Shown piece by piece: positions 31,340 to 41,540 of a stretch of 64,000 nucleotides of DNA (positions are counted from its first letter, which is position 1; each line of letters begins with the position of its first letter). The position numbers and the translations under genes were made by a program. Where the stretch lies: NCBI GenBank assembly GCA_963779665.1, contig CAVZYW010000004.1, forward strand, positions 98,211 through 162,210, in the 5' to 3' direction. The notes below the pieces were generated by a model. It worked only from the letters and a program-made list of their open reading frames with translations. It was not told where the DNA came from and did no database searches. Source of the stretch: an uncultured Solirubrobacteraceae bacterium. Its GTDB lineage: Bacteria; Actinomycetota; Thermoleophilia; Solirubrobacterales; Solirubrobacteraceae.

Positions 31340-32545
31340 TCATGAGCCCTGTAGCGCACCGGCCGGCTCCGACGTGCCTCCACGTTTGGCGCCGGCGGAC
31401 ACGGCCGGCTGCTCGTCGCGCCAGCGCGCCACCGTGCGGCGCAGTTGGAAGTAGGCGACGACGCCGGGGAGCGTCGGCAGCCAGAAGGAGATGGCGCGAT
31501 AGGACAGCACCGAGGCGACCGCCAGATCGAGCTGTACGCCGAACGCGGCGAGCGCGCCGATCATGCCGCCCTCCACGCCGCCCAGCCCTCCCGGTAGCGG
31601 CAACAGGTTGCCGAGCATTCCCACGAAGTACGCCATCCAGATGACCGTGAACGGCGGCGCAGCGCCGAATGCATGGAACATCGCCCACAGGACCGAGATG
31701 TCAAAGCCCCACCACGCAAGCGCACCGAGCAGGCCGGGGTCACGGCTACGAATCAGGTCTATCGCGGTGCGCACACCGCTGGCGGCGAGCGCCGGAACAG
31801 TGACCGCGCGGGCGACCCAATGGGCAGCCTTGCCCGACCCTGACGCCCACCTGTTGAGTCGCCGCTCGAGGTCACCTGGGAGAAACGCCATCGCCCCGAC
31901 CATGGAGAACAGAACGGCGGCAACGATCGCCGGGACGATCGTGATCGCGAACGATCCGCCTCCTGGGAACAGGCCGATGCCCAGCCCGATGCCGTCGAGC
32001 AGCAGTGAGCCAGCGTAAACGACGTACAGCAGCACCATGAAGGCGACCATGCGGCACGCCACCAGTCGCGGCTCCATTCCCGAGCGGCGCAGAGCCCAGG
32101 CGGTCAGCGCCACGCCACCCGCCCCGGCGGCGGCGAACAGCCTCGTGGCGACCAGCCCGGCCATCGTGATCTCATAGCTCTCCAGCCAGCCCACCCGCCC
32201 AGGCTCATCACTGCTCCGAACGAGCACCGAGCGAAACAACACCACGTAGCCGGCGAACGACAGCAGCTCCAGAATCACGCCGAGCGCGAGCCACCAGACG
32301 TCGCCCGCCTCGATCCGATCGAGGGTCTTGCCGACCCCTGCGAGCTTCGGCAGCACGAAGTACAGAAAAGCGACGCCGGAGAGAACGAACAGCCCGAACA
32401 CGAAGATCTGCCGGCGGGTGAGGATCACACGTGGCATCTCCTCCTCGTGCGCGTTCGCTCGCGCTCCCGACGCGGGCGTCGCGTGCTCGAGCTGATCCTC
32501 GGCGCGCTGGCGCCGGCCGCTGCGTTGCATCTTGCTCGTGCTCAC
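31340..32545 (-). CDS. Lysylphosphatidylglycerol-synthase TM domain / UPF0104 flippase-like protein
   Basis: Multi-TM; PLPGGLGGVE..YRAISFWLP. Confidence 0.85.
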   Translation of the reverse strand: MSTSKMQRSGRRQRAEDQLEHATPASGARANAHEEEMPRVILTRRQIFVFGLFVLSGVAFLYFVLPKLAGVGKTLDRIEAGDVWWLALGVILELLSFAGYVVLFRSVLVRSSDEPGRVGWLESYEITMAGLVATRLFAAAGAGGVALTAWALRRSGMEPRLVACRMVAFMVLLYVVYAGSLLLDGIGLGIGLFPGGGSFAITIVPAIVAAVLFSMVGAMAFLPGDLERRLNRWASGSGKAAHWVARAVTVPALAASGVRTAIDLIRSRDPGLLGALAWWGFDISVLWAMFHAFGAAPPFTVIWMAYFVGMLGNLLPLPGGLGGVEGGMIGALAAFGVQLDLAVASVLSYRAISFWLPTLPGVVAYFQLRRTVARWRDEQPAVSAGAKRGGTSEPAGALQGS

Positions 32546-32562
32546 CCCCCTCCTCCTCCCCT

Positions 32563-33588
32563 TCAGGCCGCCTCGTGGGCCAGCTCCTCCAGCCTCGCAA
32601 CCACACGTCCAACACGTGCGATCGCCGGTCCCGCGCGCGGCCCCAGGCGCCTGACAGCGACGGTGAGCGCCGCTCCGCCGAGTAGATCGACGGCGTAGTG
32701 CTCGCCCAGGTAGACCAGGGCGAATCCGAGCGTGGCCGTGTAGCCGACGCCCAGGGCACCGGCAACCGGCCCCACCTCGGCGAGGAGGAGCGCTGCCATC
32801 ACGGATGTGGCGAAGTGCAGAGAGGGCATCGCGGCCAGTGGATTACCTCCGAACACACTGTAGAGCGAGCCCCAGCGGTCTTTCCAGAACAGCTCGCCGT
32901 ACTCGACCATCATCCGCCGCACCGCAGGCACCGGCTCGCCGCATTCACCGGCCGCCTCGGCGGCAAACCAGGGCGGGGCGGTGGGAAGCAGCCAATAGAA
33001 GCCGGCGCCGATGTCGAACACGGCGTAGGTGAGCACCGCCGCGCGGGTGAAGCGGGCGGGGCGACGCCACAGGATGTACAGGAGCGAGCCGTGCGGAACG
33101 ATGAACCAGCTCCAGTGAGCCCAGACCAGCACCCGATCGAGCGCGCTCCAGTCGGAGCCGGCGCGGCGGCGACCGGCCAGCGCGCGCTGAAGGCGCACGC
33201 TCGGCAGCTCGCCGAGCCCGAGCACACGGTCGGCGAGGATCGGGTAATCGAGGTGCACCCGCCTGCGCTGAGCGTCGGCGTCGTCGTGCGGGGTCTTGTA
33301 CGCCGCCAGATAGGCCCACATCTGCAGCGCGCACACGGCCACGTCACGGCTGCGCGACCGACGCACGGCCACACACAGGCCGACCGGCGCGCCGAATGCC
33401 ACAGCCTGCATGACGAGCGGCGGCGCGCTGACGCGCTTGCGCACCAGCGGCGCGGCTACTCCGGCCACCACCATCCCCCAGGCGGTTGCTCTGATCGCCT
33501 TCGACAGCCGCACTGGGCGGGGAGTATATGTCGCTGCCCAGCTCCTACTCGGAGATGCGCGCCGCGGCAGCGGCATCGACAAGCGCAC
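32563..33588 (-). CDS. PAP2 family (Aur1/IPC-synthase-like) membrane phosphotransferase; start uncertain
   Basis: PTAPPW, NPLAAMPSLH, GEHYAVD. Confidence 0.85.
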   Translation of the reverse strand: MRLSMPLPRRASPSRSWAATYTPRPVRLSKAIRATAWGMVVAGVAAPLVRKRVSAPPLVMQAVAFGAPVGLCVAVRRSRSRDVAVCALQMWAYLAAYKTPHDDADAQRRRVHLDYPILADRVLGLGELPSVRLQRALAGRRRAGSDWSALDRVLVWAHWSWFIVPHGSLLYILWRRPARFTRAAVLTYAVFDIGAGFYWLLPTAPPWFAAEAAGECGEPVPAVRRMMVEYGELFWKDRWGSLYSVFGGNPLAAMPSLHFATSVMAALLLAEVGPVAGALGVGYTATLGFALVYLGEHYAVDLLGGAALTVAVRRLGPRAGPAIARVGRVVARLEELAHEAA

Positions 33589-34288
33589 CGACGATGGAAC
33601 TCGCGAGATCGGCCTCAGGGTGCCACTGCACGCCGAGCACGAAGCGACGATCGGATGGCCCGCCCGCCCACTCGATCGCCTCAGGCAGCTCGTCGAGCGT
33701 CGAGACGCCGCTGACGATCAGGCCGTCCCCCAAGCGCTCGACGCCCTGGTGGTGATGGGACCTGGTCGCATGCAGGAGCTCCCCTGCGGCGCCTGCCACA
33801 AGCGAGCCTTCGCTCAGCAGGACATCGTGCTCGGCGCCGTCGAAAGACCCGACGACACGCCGGTGCTCCTGATGTCCGAAGTGCTCGGGCAGGTGCTGCA
33901 GAAGCGTGCCGCCAAGGGCGACGTTGATCAGCTGCATCCCCCGACAGATGCCGAGAAGCGGTAGATCGCGCTCGATCGCTGCGTGCGTGAGCGCGATCTC
34001 GAAGGCGTCGCGCTCGGGCACGGTGCCCAGCGTCTCCGGGTGTGGCTCGCGGCCGTAGGAGGCCGGGTCGATGTCCGCGCCGCCGGCGAGGATCAGGCCG
34101 TCGAGCAGCGCCAGCGCCTGATCGGGATCCTCGCTCAGCAGCGGATCCGGCGGCAGCATCGCCACGAGCCCGCCCGCCCGCTGCACAGCCTCGACATAGC
34201 CGAGCGGGAGCAGCGCCGCCGGCTGGTCCCAGACGCTCCATCTGGCCCGCTCGATCGCGGTGCATATGCCGATCACCGGACGTGTCAT
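33545..34288 (-). CDS. Peptidase C26 / gamma-glutamyl-GABA hydrolase family
   Basis: GGADIDP, GICRGMQ, HHQGV, VQWHPE. Confidence 0.92.
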   Translation of the reverse strand: MTRPVIGICTAIERARWSVWDQPAALLPLGYVEAVQRAGGLVAMLPPDPLLSEDPDQALALLDGLILAGGADIDPASYGREPHPETLGTVPERDAFEIALTHAAIERDLPLLGICRGMQLINVALGGTLLQHLPEHFGHQEHRRVVGSFDGAEHDVLLSEGSLVAGAAGELLHATRSHHHQGVERLGDGLIVSGVSTLDELPEAIEWAGGPSDRRFVLGVQWHPEADLASSIVGALVDAAAAARISE

Positions 34289-34410
34289 CCCTCACACCAT
34301 AGGATCACAGCGAACAGGACCACGTCCAGCGTGCGTCATCTTGCAAGGCTGGTGCGCCACAGCTGCACAGACGGGCATCGAGCAGGGGCGAATCGAGCAA
34401 AGGGAGATCG

Positions 34411-35221
34411 ATGAACGAGCCGAGCATCCAGCTTGAGACCGTCAACGTGGGCGTCGCCGACGCGATCGCCACGATCGAGCTGAACCGACCCCAGGCGCTG
34501 AACGCGTGGAACGCGCAGCTCGGCGCAGACCTGCTCGCGGCGCTGGAGCAGAGCGCCGAGGACGACGCGGTGCGCGCCGTGCTGATCACGGGTGCCGGCC
34601 GCGCGTTCTCCTCGGGCGCGGATCTGAAGGACGTCAGCGGCGGCGAGAGCACACCGGACGGGCACCCGGACGTCTACAAGACGCTGACCGAGCGCTACCA
34701 CCCGATCATGCACGCGATCCGAGCGATGCCCAAGCCGGTGATCGCCGCGGTCAACGGTCCCGCCGTCGGCATCGGCTGCTCGCTGGCGCTGTGCTGCGAT
34801 CTGATCGTCGCCGCCGAGAGCGCGTACTTCCTGCTGGCGTTCGTCAACATCGGCCTCGTGCCCGACGGCGGCTCCTCGCTGTTCGTGCCAAGCCGCGTGG
34901 GCATGGCGCGCGCGAGCGAGCTGGCGATGCTGGGCGAGCGCCTACCGGCGTCAAGGCGCTGGAGTGGGGCCTGATCAACCGCGTCGCCGACGACGAGCAG
35001 TTGCCCACGGAGGCGAGGGCGCTGGCCGCACGTCTTGCCTCGGGGCCCACACGCTCATACGCCGGGACCAAGCGCCAGCTGAACAACTGGCTGTACGGCG
35101 GATGAGCGAGCAGCTCGAGCTCGAGGCTCAGATCCAGCAGGAGATGGCCGCGAGCGCGGACTTCGTGGAGGGCGCGACGGCGTTCGTGGAGAAGCGTCCA
35201 GCCCGTTTCCGGGGCCTCTAA
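34411..35221 (+). CDS. Enoyl-CoA hydratase/isomerase (PaaG-like); two frameshifts (~34950, ~35100)
   Basis: RAFSSGADL, AAVNGPAVG, GLVPDGG; ALEWGLINRV and EGATAFVEKR lie in shifted frames. Confidence 0.88.
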
Positions 35222-35283
35222 AATGCTCGTGGCAATCGTCATCAAGCACTTCCCGCCCAGGCCTGAATAGAATCCCCGCCGCC

Positions 35284-36123
35284 TTGGGCCACGCGATCCC
35301 CTCACTACTCGCTTTCTTCACGCCGGAGTCCGGCGGCTCGCCGAACGCGAACGAGATCGACAGCCTCTACAAGATCACGCTTGTGATCGCGCTGGTCATC
35401 TTCTTCGCCGTCGAGGGCGGCTTGGGCTACGCGCTGATCAAGTTCCGCAAGCGCAAGGGCGCCGTGGCAGCGCAGATCCACGGCAACACGCGTCTCGAGG
35501 TCGCCTGGACGGCTGGGGCGGCCGTGATCCTGGTGGGACTGGCGGTGCTCACCTTCGCGAAGCTCTCCTCGATCCAGGACCCGCCCAACTCGGGCCCCGG
35601 CGGCGCGGTGCTCGGCGAACAGAACAACCTGCTGTACGCGAGCAACGAGCGCAAGCTTCCGCCCAACGGCAAAGCGCTGAACATCCAGGTGATCGGCCAA
35701 CAGTACATCTGGCAGTTCGTCTATCCCGGCGCAAACGAACCGGACGGCCTGGGCGCGCCGTACTCCTACGAGGAAATGGTCGTACCCACGAACACGACGG
35801 TCACGCTGAACATCGTCTCCGAGGACGTCGTGCACTCCTGGTGGATCCCGGAACTCGGCGGCAAGTTCCAGGCGGTGCCGGGCTACCACAACTACACCTG
35901 GTTCAAGATCAGCAAACCCGGCATCTACCGCGGTCAGTGCGCGTTCCTCTGCGGGCGTGGGCACGCGCGCATGATCGCCACGGTCAAGGCCGTGCCGCCG
36001 GCGCAGTTCGAAGCGTGGCTGACACACCAGAAGCAGGAGATCGCAGAAGCGAACGTCGAAGCGGCGAAGGCGCGGATGAAACTAAACGCGCAGGCCGGTC
36101 CCGCACAGGTCGAGAACCCCTAG
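35284..36123 (+). CDS. ctaC: Cytochrome c oxidase subunit II
   Basis: Two TM helices, DVVHSWW, CuA motif CAFLCGRGHARM. Confidence 0.93.
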   Translation: MGHAIPSLLAFFTPESGGSPNANEIDSLYKITLVIALVIFFAVEGGLGYALIKFRKRKGAVAAQIHGNTRLEVAWTAGAAVILVGLAVLTFAKLSSIQDPPNSGPGGAVLGEQNNLLYASNERKLPPNGKALNIQVIGQQYIWQFVYPGANEPDGLGAPYSYEEMVVPTNTTVTLNIVSEDVVHSWWIPELGGKFQAVPGYHNYTWFKISKPGIYRGQCAFLCGRGHARMIATVKAVPPAQFEAWLTHQKQEIAEANVEAAKARMKLNAQAGPAQVENP

Positions 36124-36148
36124 GACATCGAGGAGACCAGCAGACGAC

Positions 36149-37846
36149 ATGGCCACCTACGCGCCCCCCATACCTCAGATCCACGCCCACCACGCGGAGC
36201 ATGAGGCGGCCGGCTGGACCAGCTGGATAACGACGACCGACCACAAGAAGATCGGGATCATGTACATGGTCACGACGTTCGTCTTCTTCTGCCTCGGCGG
36301 CACCGAGGCGCTGATGATCCGTCTGCAGCTGGGGGCGCCGAACAACACGCTGGTCACGCCGGAGATCTACAACCAGCTGTTCACGATGCACGGCACGACG
36401 ATGATCTTCCTGTTCGTGGTGCCGATGATGGCCGGCCTGGCGAACTACTTCCTGCCGCTGATGATCGGCGCGCGCGACATGGCCTACCCGCGTCTGAACG
36501 CGCTGTCCTTCTGGCTGCTGCTCGCCGGCGGCATCGTCTTCTACGCCTCGATCTTCTGGAGCCCGCCGGAAGCCGGCTGGACGAGCTATCCGCCGCTGTC
36601 GAGTGCGCTGTACTCGCCCTCCGGCGGTCAGGACGCCTGGATCTACCTGGTCCACCTCACCGGTATCTCCTCGATCCTCGGGGCGGTCAACTTCTATGCG
36701 ACGGTCGCCAACATGCGCGCCCGCGGCATGAGCTGGGGCCGGCTGCCGCTGTTCATCTGGGCGATGCTCACGTACTCGGTGCTGATCATCTTCGCGATGC
36801 CCGTGATCGCCGCGGCGGTGACGATGCTGCTGACCGACAGGCACTTCGGCACCCACTTCTATGACCAGACGGAGGGCGGGTCGCCGCTGCTGTGGCAGAA
36901 CCTGTTCTGGTTCTTCGGCCATCCAGAGGTCTACATCATGGTCCTACCGGGCTTCGGCATCGTCTCGGAGATCCTGCCCGTGTTCGCACGAAAGCCGATC
37001 TTCGGCTACAAGGCGATTGCGGCCTCCACCGTGGCGATCGCCTTCCTCGGCTTCCTGACGTGGGCGCACCACATGTTCACGACGCCAATACCTGAGGCGA
37101 TCCTCGTGTTCGTGATGCTCAGCTCGTTCCTGATCGCGATCCCCACGGGCGTGAAGATGCTCAACTGGATCGCAACGCTGTGGAGCGGCACGATCGAATT
37201 CAAGACGCCGCTGCTGTTCTGCGTGGGCTTCCTCTCGCTGTTCTTGATCGGCGGCATCTCGGGCGTGTTCCTGGCGGTCTTCCCGGTCGACTGGCAGCTC
37301 AACGAAACGTACTTCGTGGTCGCGCACATCCACTTCGTGCTCGTCGGCGGCGCGGTGTTCCCGATCTTCGCGGCCATCTACTACTGGTTCCCGAAGATCT
37401 CGGGACGAATGCTGAGCGAAGGCCTGGGCAAGCTGAGCTTCTACCTGATGTTCATCGGTGTCCTGGTCACGTTCCTGATCCAGCACGTGATCGGCATGGA
37501 CGGGATGCCCCGCAGGGTCTACGAGTACGACAACGTCGGCCATCTCGCGCTGTACAACCAGATCTCGACCGTCGGCTCTTTCATCCTGGCGGCGGGCGTG
37601 ATTGCCACGATCATCAATGTCTGGCGCAGCCTCAAAGTCGGCGCGATCGCCGGGCCTGACCCGTGGAAGGCGAACACGCTTGAGTGGTTCACGGCGTCGC
37701 CACCGCCGGTCAACAACTTCGACGTGGTCCCGCTGGTTCGCTCGGCCGAACCGATGAAGGACATTCGCCGCGAGGTGGAGCGCCAGAGCGCGGGCGCGGC
37801 CGTCGCGACAGCCGGGTCGACTGGGGCCCCTCAGACCGGTGTCTAG
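36149..37846 (+). CDS. ctaD: Cytochrome c oxidase subunit I (A1 type)
   Basis: DHKKIG, MHG, WFFGHPEVY, WAHH, VAHIH. Confidence 0.97.
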   Translation: MATYAPPIPQIHAHHAEHEAAGWTSWITTTDHKKIGIMYMVTTFVFFCLGGTEALMIRLQLGAPNNTLVTPEIYNQLFTMHGTTMIFLFVVPMMAGLANYFLPLMIGARDMAYPRLNALSFWLLLAGGIVFYASIFWSPPEAGWTSYPPLSSALYSPSGGQDAWIYLVHLTGISSILGAVNFYATVANMRARGMSWGRLPLFIWAMLTYSVLIIFAMPVIAAAVTMLLTDRHFGTHFYDQTEGGSPLLWQNLFWFFGHPEVYIMVLPGFGIVSEILPVFARKPIFGYKAIAASTVAIAFLGFLTWAHHMFTTPIPEAILVFVMLSSFLIAIPTGVKMLNWIATLWSGTIEFKTPLLFCVGFLSLFLIGGISGVFLAVFPVDWQLNETYFVVAHIHFVLVGGAVFPIFAAIYYWFPKISGRMLSEGLGKLSFYLMFIGVLVTFLIQHVIGMDGMPRRVYEYDNVGHLALYNQISTVGSFILAAGVIATIINVWRSLKVGAIAGPDPWKANTLEWFTASPPPVNNFDVVPLVRSAEPMKDIRREVERQSAGAAVATAGSTGAPQTGV

Positions 37847-38785
37847 ATGAGCGTCGCGCCCCGCACCGGCGCAGCAGCTCCCGCCCTCGGGGCCACGGGC
37901 CTCGGTATCGCTACCGGTCGTCGGTCGCGTAGCCTTCAACTGCTCAGCGACTACCTGGAGCTGACCAAGCCGAAGGTCCAGTCGCTGCTGCTGCTGACGA
38001 CGATCGCCACGATGTACGTGGCGGGCGACCCGTCGGTGTTGCTCGTGGCGCTTACCTGCCTGGGCGGCTACCTGTCGGCGGGCGGCGCCGGCGCGGTCAA
38101 CCACTGGTTCGATCGGGACATCGATGCGCAGATGGAGCGCACCGCCACGCGGCCGATTCCGGCCGGACGCGTGTCCCCGCGAGCGGCGCTGCTGTTCGGC
38201 TGCACGCTCGCGGCACTATCGCTGCTGGAGCTGTCGCTGACGGTGAACCCGCTGGCCGCCGGCCTGTCGTTCTCGGGTTTCCTCGGCTACACGTTCATCT
38301 ACACGTTCTGGCTGAAGCGCCGCACACCGCAGAACATCGTGATCGGCGGTGCCGCCGGTGCGGTGCCCCCGCTGGTCGGGTGGGCGGCGGTCACCGGCTC
38401 GGTCAGCGGCACCGCTGTGATCCTGTTCTTCATCGTCTTCTTCTGGACTCCGCCGCACTTCTGGGCGCTGTCACTGCTGATGAAGAGCGACTATGAAAAA
38501 GTCGGAGTGCCGATGCTCCCGGTGGTGCGCGGCGAGGCGGAGACCCGCCGGCAGATCCTCCTGTACTCGGTGCTCCTGTACGCGGTTACGCAGCTGCCGT
38601 TCTGCGCCGGGGGATTCGGCGCGATCTACTCGGTGATCTCGCTGCTGCTGGGACTCGGTTTCATCGCCGGCGCCGTGCGCCTGTACCGACGAGCCGACCG
38701 CCAGGCGGCGCTGCGCCTGTATCTCTACTCGCTGGCCTACCTCGCACTGCTGTTCTGCGCGATGGTCGCCGATCGGCATCTATAG
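37847..38785 (+). CDS. ctaB: Protoheme IX farnesyltransferase (heme O synthase)
   Basis: LTKP, DRDIDAQMERTATRPIP, WTPPHFWAL. Confidence 0.95.
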   Translation: MSVAPRTGAAAPALGATGLGIATGRRSRSLQLLSDYLELTKPKVQSLLLLTTIATMYVAGDPSVLLVALTCLGGYLSAGGAGAVNHWFDRDIDAQMERTATRPIPAGRVSPRAALLFGCTLAALSLLELSLTVNPLAAGLSFSGFLGYTFIYTFWLKRRTPQNIVIGGAAGAVPPLVGWAAVTGSVSGTAVILFFIVFFWTPPHFWALSLLMKSDYEKVGVPMLPVVRGEAETRRQILLYSVLLYAVTQLPFCAGGFGAIYSVISLLLGLGFIAGAVRLYRRADRQAALRLYLYSLAYLALLFCAMVADRHL

Positions 38786-38800
38786 AATGAGGAGCCGCCC

Positions 38801-38914
38801 ATGATGACCCGTCGCCTCGCAATCAAGAACATCCGCACAGGACTGATCGTGTCCGCGATCTGCATGTTCATGTTCGGCATCACGTTCGTGGTGGCAGCCG
38901 TCTTCGTGTCATGA
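38801..38914 (+). CDS. 37-aa single-TM small protein in the oxidase operon (absent from the ORF track)
   Basis: GAGGAG RBS; MMTRRLAIKNIRTGLIVSAICMFMFGITFVVAAVFVS; ATGA overlap with the next gene. Confidence 0.7.
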   Translation: MMTRRLAIKNIRTGLIVSAICMFMFGITFVVAAVFVS

Positions 38915-39147
38915 GCCCACTCGATCCAGAGGTCCCGCCTGTCGGCGAAGAGATCCACCTCCCGGGACCTAGCATCCTGCCGCTGCTCACCGCCGTGGGC
39001 ATCACGTTGGCGCTCGTCGGCATCACGACGTTCATCGAGTTCACCGTCGTCGGCGTGATCATGACCGTATGGAGCGTGGGGGCCTGGATCAAAGATACGC
39101 GCCGCGAAGTCAACGAACTGCCGCTCGACGCGCACACCGACGGCTGA
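38911..39147 (+). CDS. Small 2-TM protein resembling cytochrome c oxidase subunit IV (CtaF-like)
   Basis: EEIHLPGPSILPLLTAVG motif; operon context. Confidence 0.65.
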   Translation: MSPLDPEVPPVGEEIHLPGPSILPLLTAVGITLALVGITTFIEFTVVGVIMTVWSVGAWIKDTRREVNELPLDAHTDG

Positions 39148-39274
39148 GCCGCCGCGCCGCACCGCCGACGGCTGAGCTGGGCTGAGCTGCCGCGCCGCAA
39201 GGAACCGCCTCAGCACCCTGCGAAACCGTGGCGGCGGCAGGCCTGCTCCCCAGGGCAGGCCGTGCCACCTCCCC

Positions 39275-39688
39275 TTACGCCACGGCCACCCTCGCCGGCA
39301 CCGGGCATATAGCCCCATCGCCGGTCCAGCAACGCACAATGTCGCGGACCGACAGGATGCCGACAATCTCTCCACCGTCAAGGACAATCAGATGGCGGAA
39401 GCCGCCGCTGACCATCGCGGCTGCAGCCTCCTCCAAGGACCAGTCAGGCGCAGCGAACACGACGTCGCGCGTCAGGTGCTCGGCGACGGACTCCCGGTCC
39501 GGGTCAAGCCCGGCCCCTACCGAGACGAGGATGTCACGCTCGGTGATGATCCCCGGCCCGTTGCCGTCGGGGTCCATCACCACGGCGGCACCCACCCGTC
39601 GCTCCGACATCGACTGCGCCACGGCGCGAAGGCTGTGCCCGGGCCCCACCGTCAGGACCATCTCACTCATGCCTTCGTGAACCTGCAT
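39275..39688 (-). CDS. CBS-pair protein
   Basis: GIITERDI, GILSVRDIV; AGGAGG RBS. Confidence 0.9.
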   Translation of the reverse strand: MQVHEGMSEMVLTVGPGHSLRAVAQSMSERRVGAAVVMDPDGNGPGIITERDILVSVGAGLDPDRESVAEHLTRDVVFAAPDWSLEEAAAAMVSGGFRHLIVLDGGEIVGILSVRDIVRCWTGDGAICPVPARVAVA

Positions 39689-39827
39689 ATCCGCCTCCTG
39701 CTCGCTCAGCCTGCCCTCATGGCATCGTCTCAAGACTACTTGCAACGATTGCCTCAATCTAGCGGTTACCGGCGCGCACGTCAAGGTCTTACGGGAGGCA
39801 CCGGTCGACCGCCGATCGACGCTTACT

Positions 39828-41480
39828 TCACGGCTGCATCAGGGTGTCCAGATCGCCGCGTGCAGCGCTGATCACGCCCTCTGCGACGCCCTCCCAAGAC
39901 CAGTGCCGGCGCACCGTGCGGACGAGGCCGGCGCGCGTCTGCGCCTGGAGCGCGGGCTCGGCCTGCAGCCATCCGGTCAGACGTGCCGCCACCGCTCGCA
40001 CCGCGTGATCGTCCACCGGGAAGGACAGCCAGTCGACCGCGTTCTCCGGGATCGCGCGCGCCAGTGCCTCGCTCACCTCAGCGAGCCCCGAGTGGGCTGC
40101 GCTGACCGGCAGCGCGCCGCATGCGGCCGCCTCGGCGGCGACCATACCGAAGGCCTCCGGGAAGGTGCTCGGCACGACCGCCGCCCGGCATGCGGGAAGC
40201 AGTTCCGCCAGCTCCTCGTGGTCGAGGCGCCCCACGAACACGATCTGCTCGTCGAGCCTGCGGGCAGCCACCAGGAAGCGCTCGCGCTCCTCCCCCTGCA
40301 GCTCATCCAGGAAAGCCAGCAGGTGCCTCAGCGGCTGCGATCCGGACACTTGTCCCTCGAGTGACCTGCCCGCCAGCGCGATCGACCGCGCCTGCTCCAG
40401 ATCGCCCGCGCGCAACGCCCCGCACAGGCGCTCAAGCGCATCCCGGTAGGCACCGAAGCCGACTACCACCAGCCGCGCGCGCGGCACGGCCTCCAGGACC
40501 AGCGGCCACGAGGCGATCACCAGGTCCACGCCCTTGCTGACGATCAGCTTGCCGACGTAAGCGACCAGCACGTCGCGATCTGGATCCAGTCTCGACAAGG
40601 CGCCGCCGGCGGCGCCACTGTCACGCGCAAAAGCGTCGGCCTGCTGGTCCGCCACGTCTCCTGCGGAAGCTTCCCCCGGGCGCTCTTGCGACTCCAGTGC
40701 GCCTGCCTCTGGTTGATCTACGGTGCCACTCAGCCGCCTGGCCAGCCCACGCAGACCGGCCGCCGCCGGCCCCGGCTCACGCGGAGCGAACCGCTCCACG
40801 TCGACGCCCGGGGGTCCCAGCCGTGTGCGTCGGAGGAGAGCCGGGTCACTCAACGCCCGCCACAGGCTGGCGGCCGTGTGATGGGAGCCGACGAGCACGG
40901 TTGCAGCACCCGCGAGCCCCTCCCGCGCAAACCCCAGAAAGCGCTCGGGCTGCGGCTTGACGGTGTACTCCAGCGCGCTGCCGTGGACCTTCACCGCATA
41001 TGGCACCTCACCGTGCAGCCCGCGAGCGAGGATCGCCGGCCCCATCACCAGATGGTTGGCGAGCGCCAGCTGCGGGTGGGTCAACTCGACCAGCTCGCCG
41101 ACCGCAGTGACGTTCGCATCGATGTAGCCCGCGATCTCCTGGTCGCTGCACTGCGCGAACGTGCGCGCTTCGATCCCCTCGTAGCGATCGGCCACGTACA
41201 CCGGCAGCAGGCCGCCGATGTCGGGGCGGTACACCGTGCAGCGACCCTGCCGCGCCGCCGGCACGACGCCGCCGGACGCCCGGTCCAGCTCTCGCACCTG
41301 CAGGCTCCCTGTGTCCCAATCGCCGACGGCGTCCACGAACGGCTGGCGCTCGGCATGGCGGTCCTGGCTGAGCAGGTGCACGTCATGGCCGAGGCGCACC
41401 AGCGCGGCCGCCAGCCGTGCGTTGTAGACGTTCGATCCCGTCCCGTCGAGCAGGTAGCCGTGGAAGATCAAGACGCGCAC
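39828..41480 (-). CDS. Glycosyltransferase family 4
   Basis: GYLLDGTGSNVY, GKLIVSKG, PEAFGMVAAEAAA. Confidence 0.88.
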   Translation of the reverse strand: MRVLIFHGYLLDGTGSNVYNARLAAALVRLGHDVHLLSQDRHAERQPFVDAVGDWDTGSLQVRELDRASGGVVPAARQGRCTVYRPDIGGLLPVYVADRYEGIEARTFAQCSDQEIAGYIDANVTAVGELVELTHPQLALANHLVMGPAILARGLHGEVPYAVKVHGSALEYTVKPQPERFLGFAREGLAGAATVLVGSHHTAASLWRALSDPALLRRTRLGPPGVDVERFAPREPGPAAAGLRGLARRLSGTVDQPEAGALESQERPGEASAGDVADQQADAFARDSGAAGGALSRLDPDRDVLVAYVGKLIVSKGVDLVIASWPLVLEAVPRARLVVVGFGAYRDALERLCGALRAGDLEQARSIALAGRSLEGQVSGSQPLRHLLAFLDELQGEERERFLVAARRLDEQIVFVGRLDHEELAELLPACRAAVVPSTFPEAFGMVAAEAAACGALPVSAAHSGLAEVSEALARAIPENAVDWLSFPVDDHAVRAVAARLTGWLQAEPALQAQTRAGLVRTVRRHWSWEGVAEGVISAARGDLDTLMQP

Positions 41481-41540
41481 GGACGGGCAGCCTACCCGTG
41501 TTGCAATCGCTCCCCCACTCGCTCCGGTAAAGTTGCGGGC

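Noticed and set aside
34940-35110. Programmed frameshifting or TGA recoding in the enoyl-CoA hydratase and other split genes
   Set aside because: No slippery sites or SECIS-like hairpins; single-base indel error is the simpler explanation.
39138-39200. GGCTGAGC / GCCGCGCCGCA short direct repeats between convergent genes
   Set aside because: Looks like a local micro-duplication; only 2-3 units with no spacer structure.
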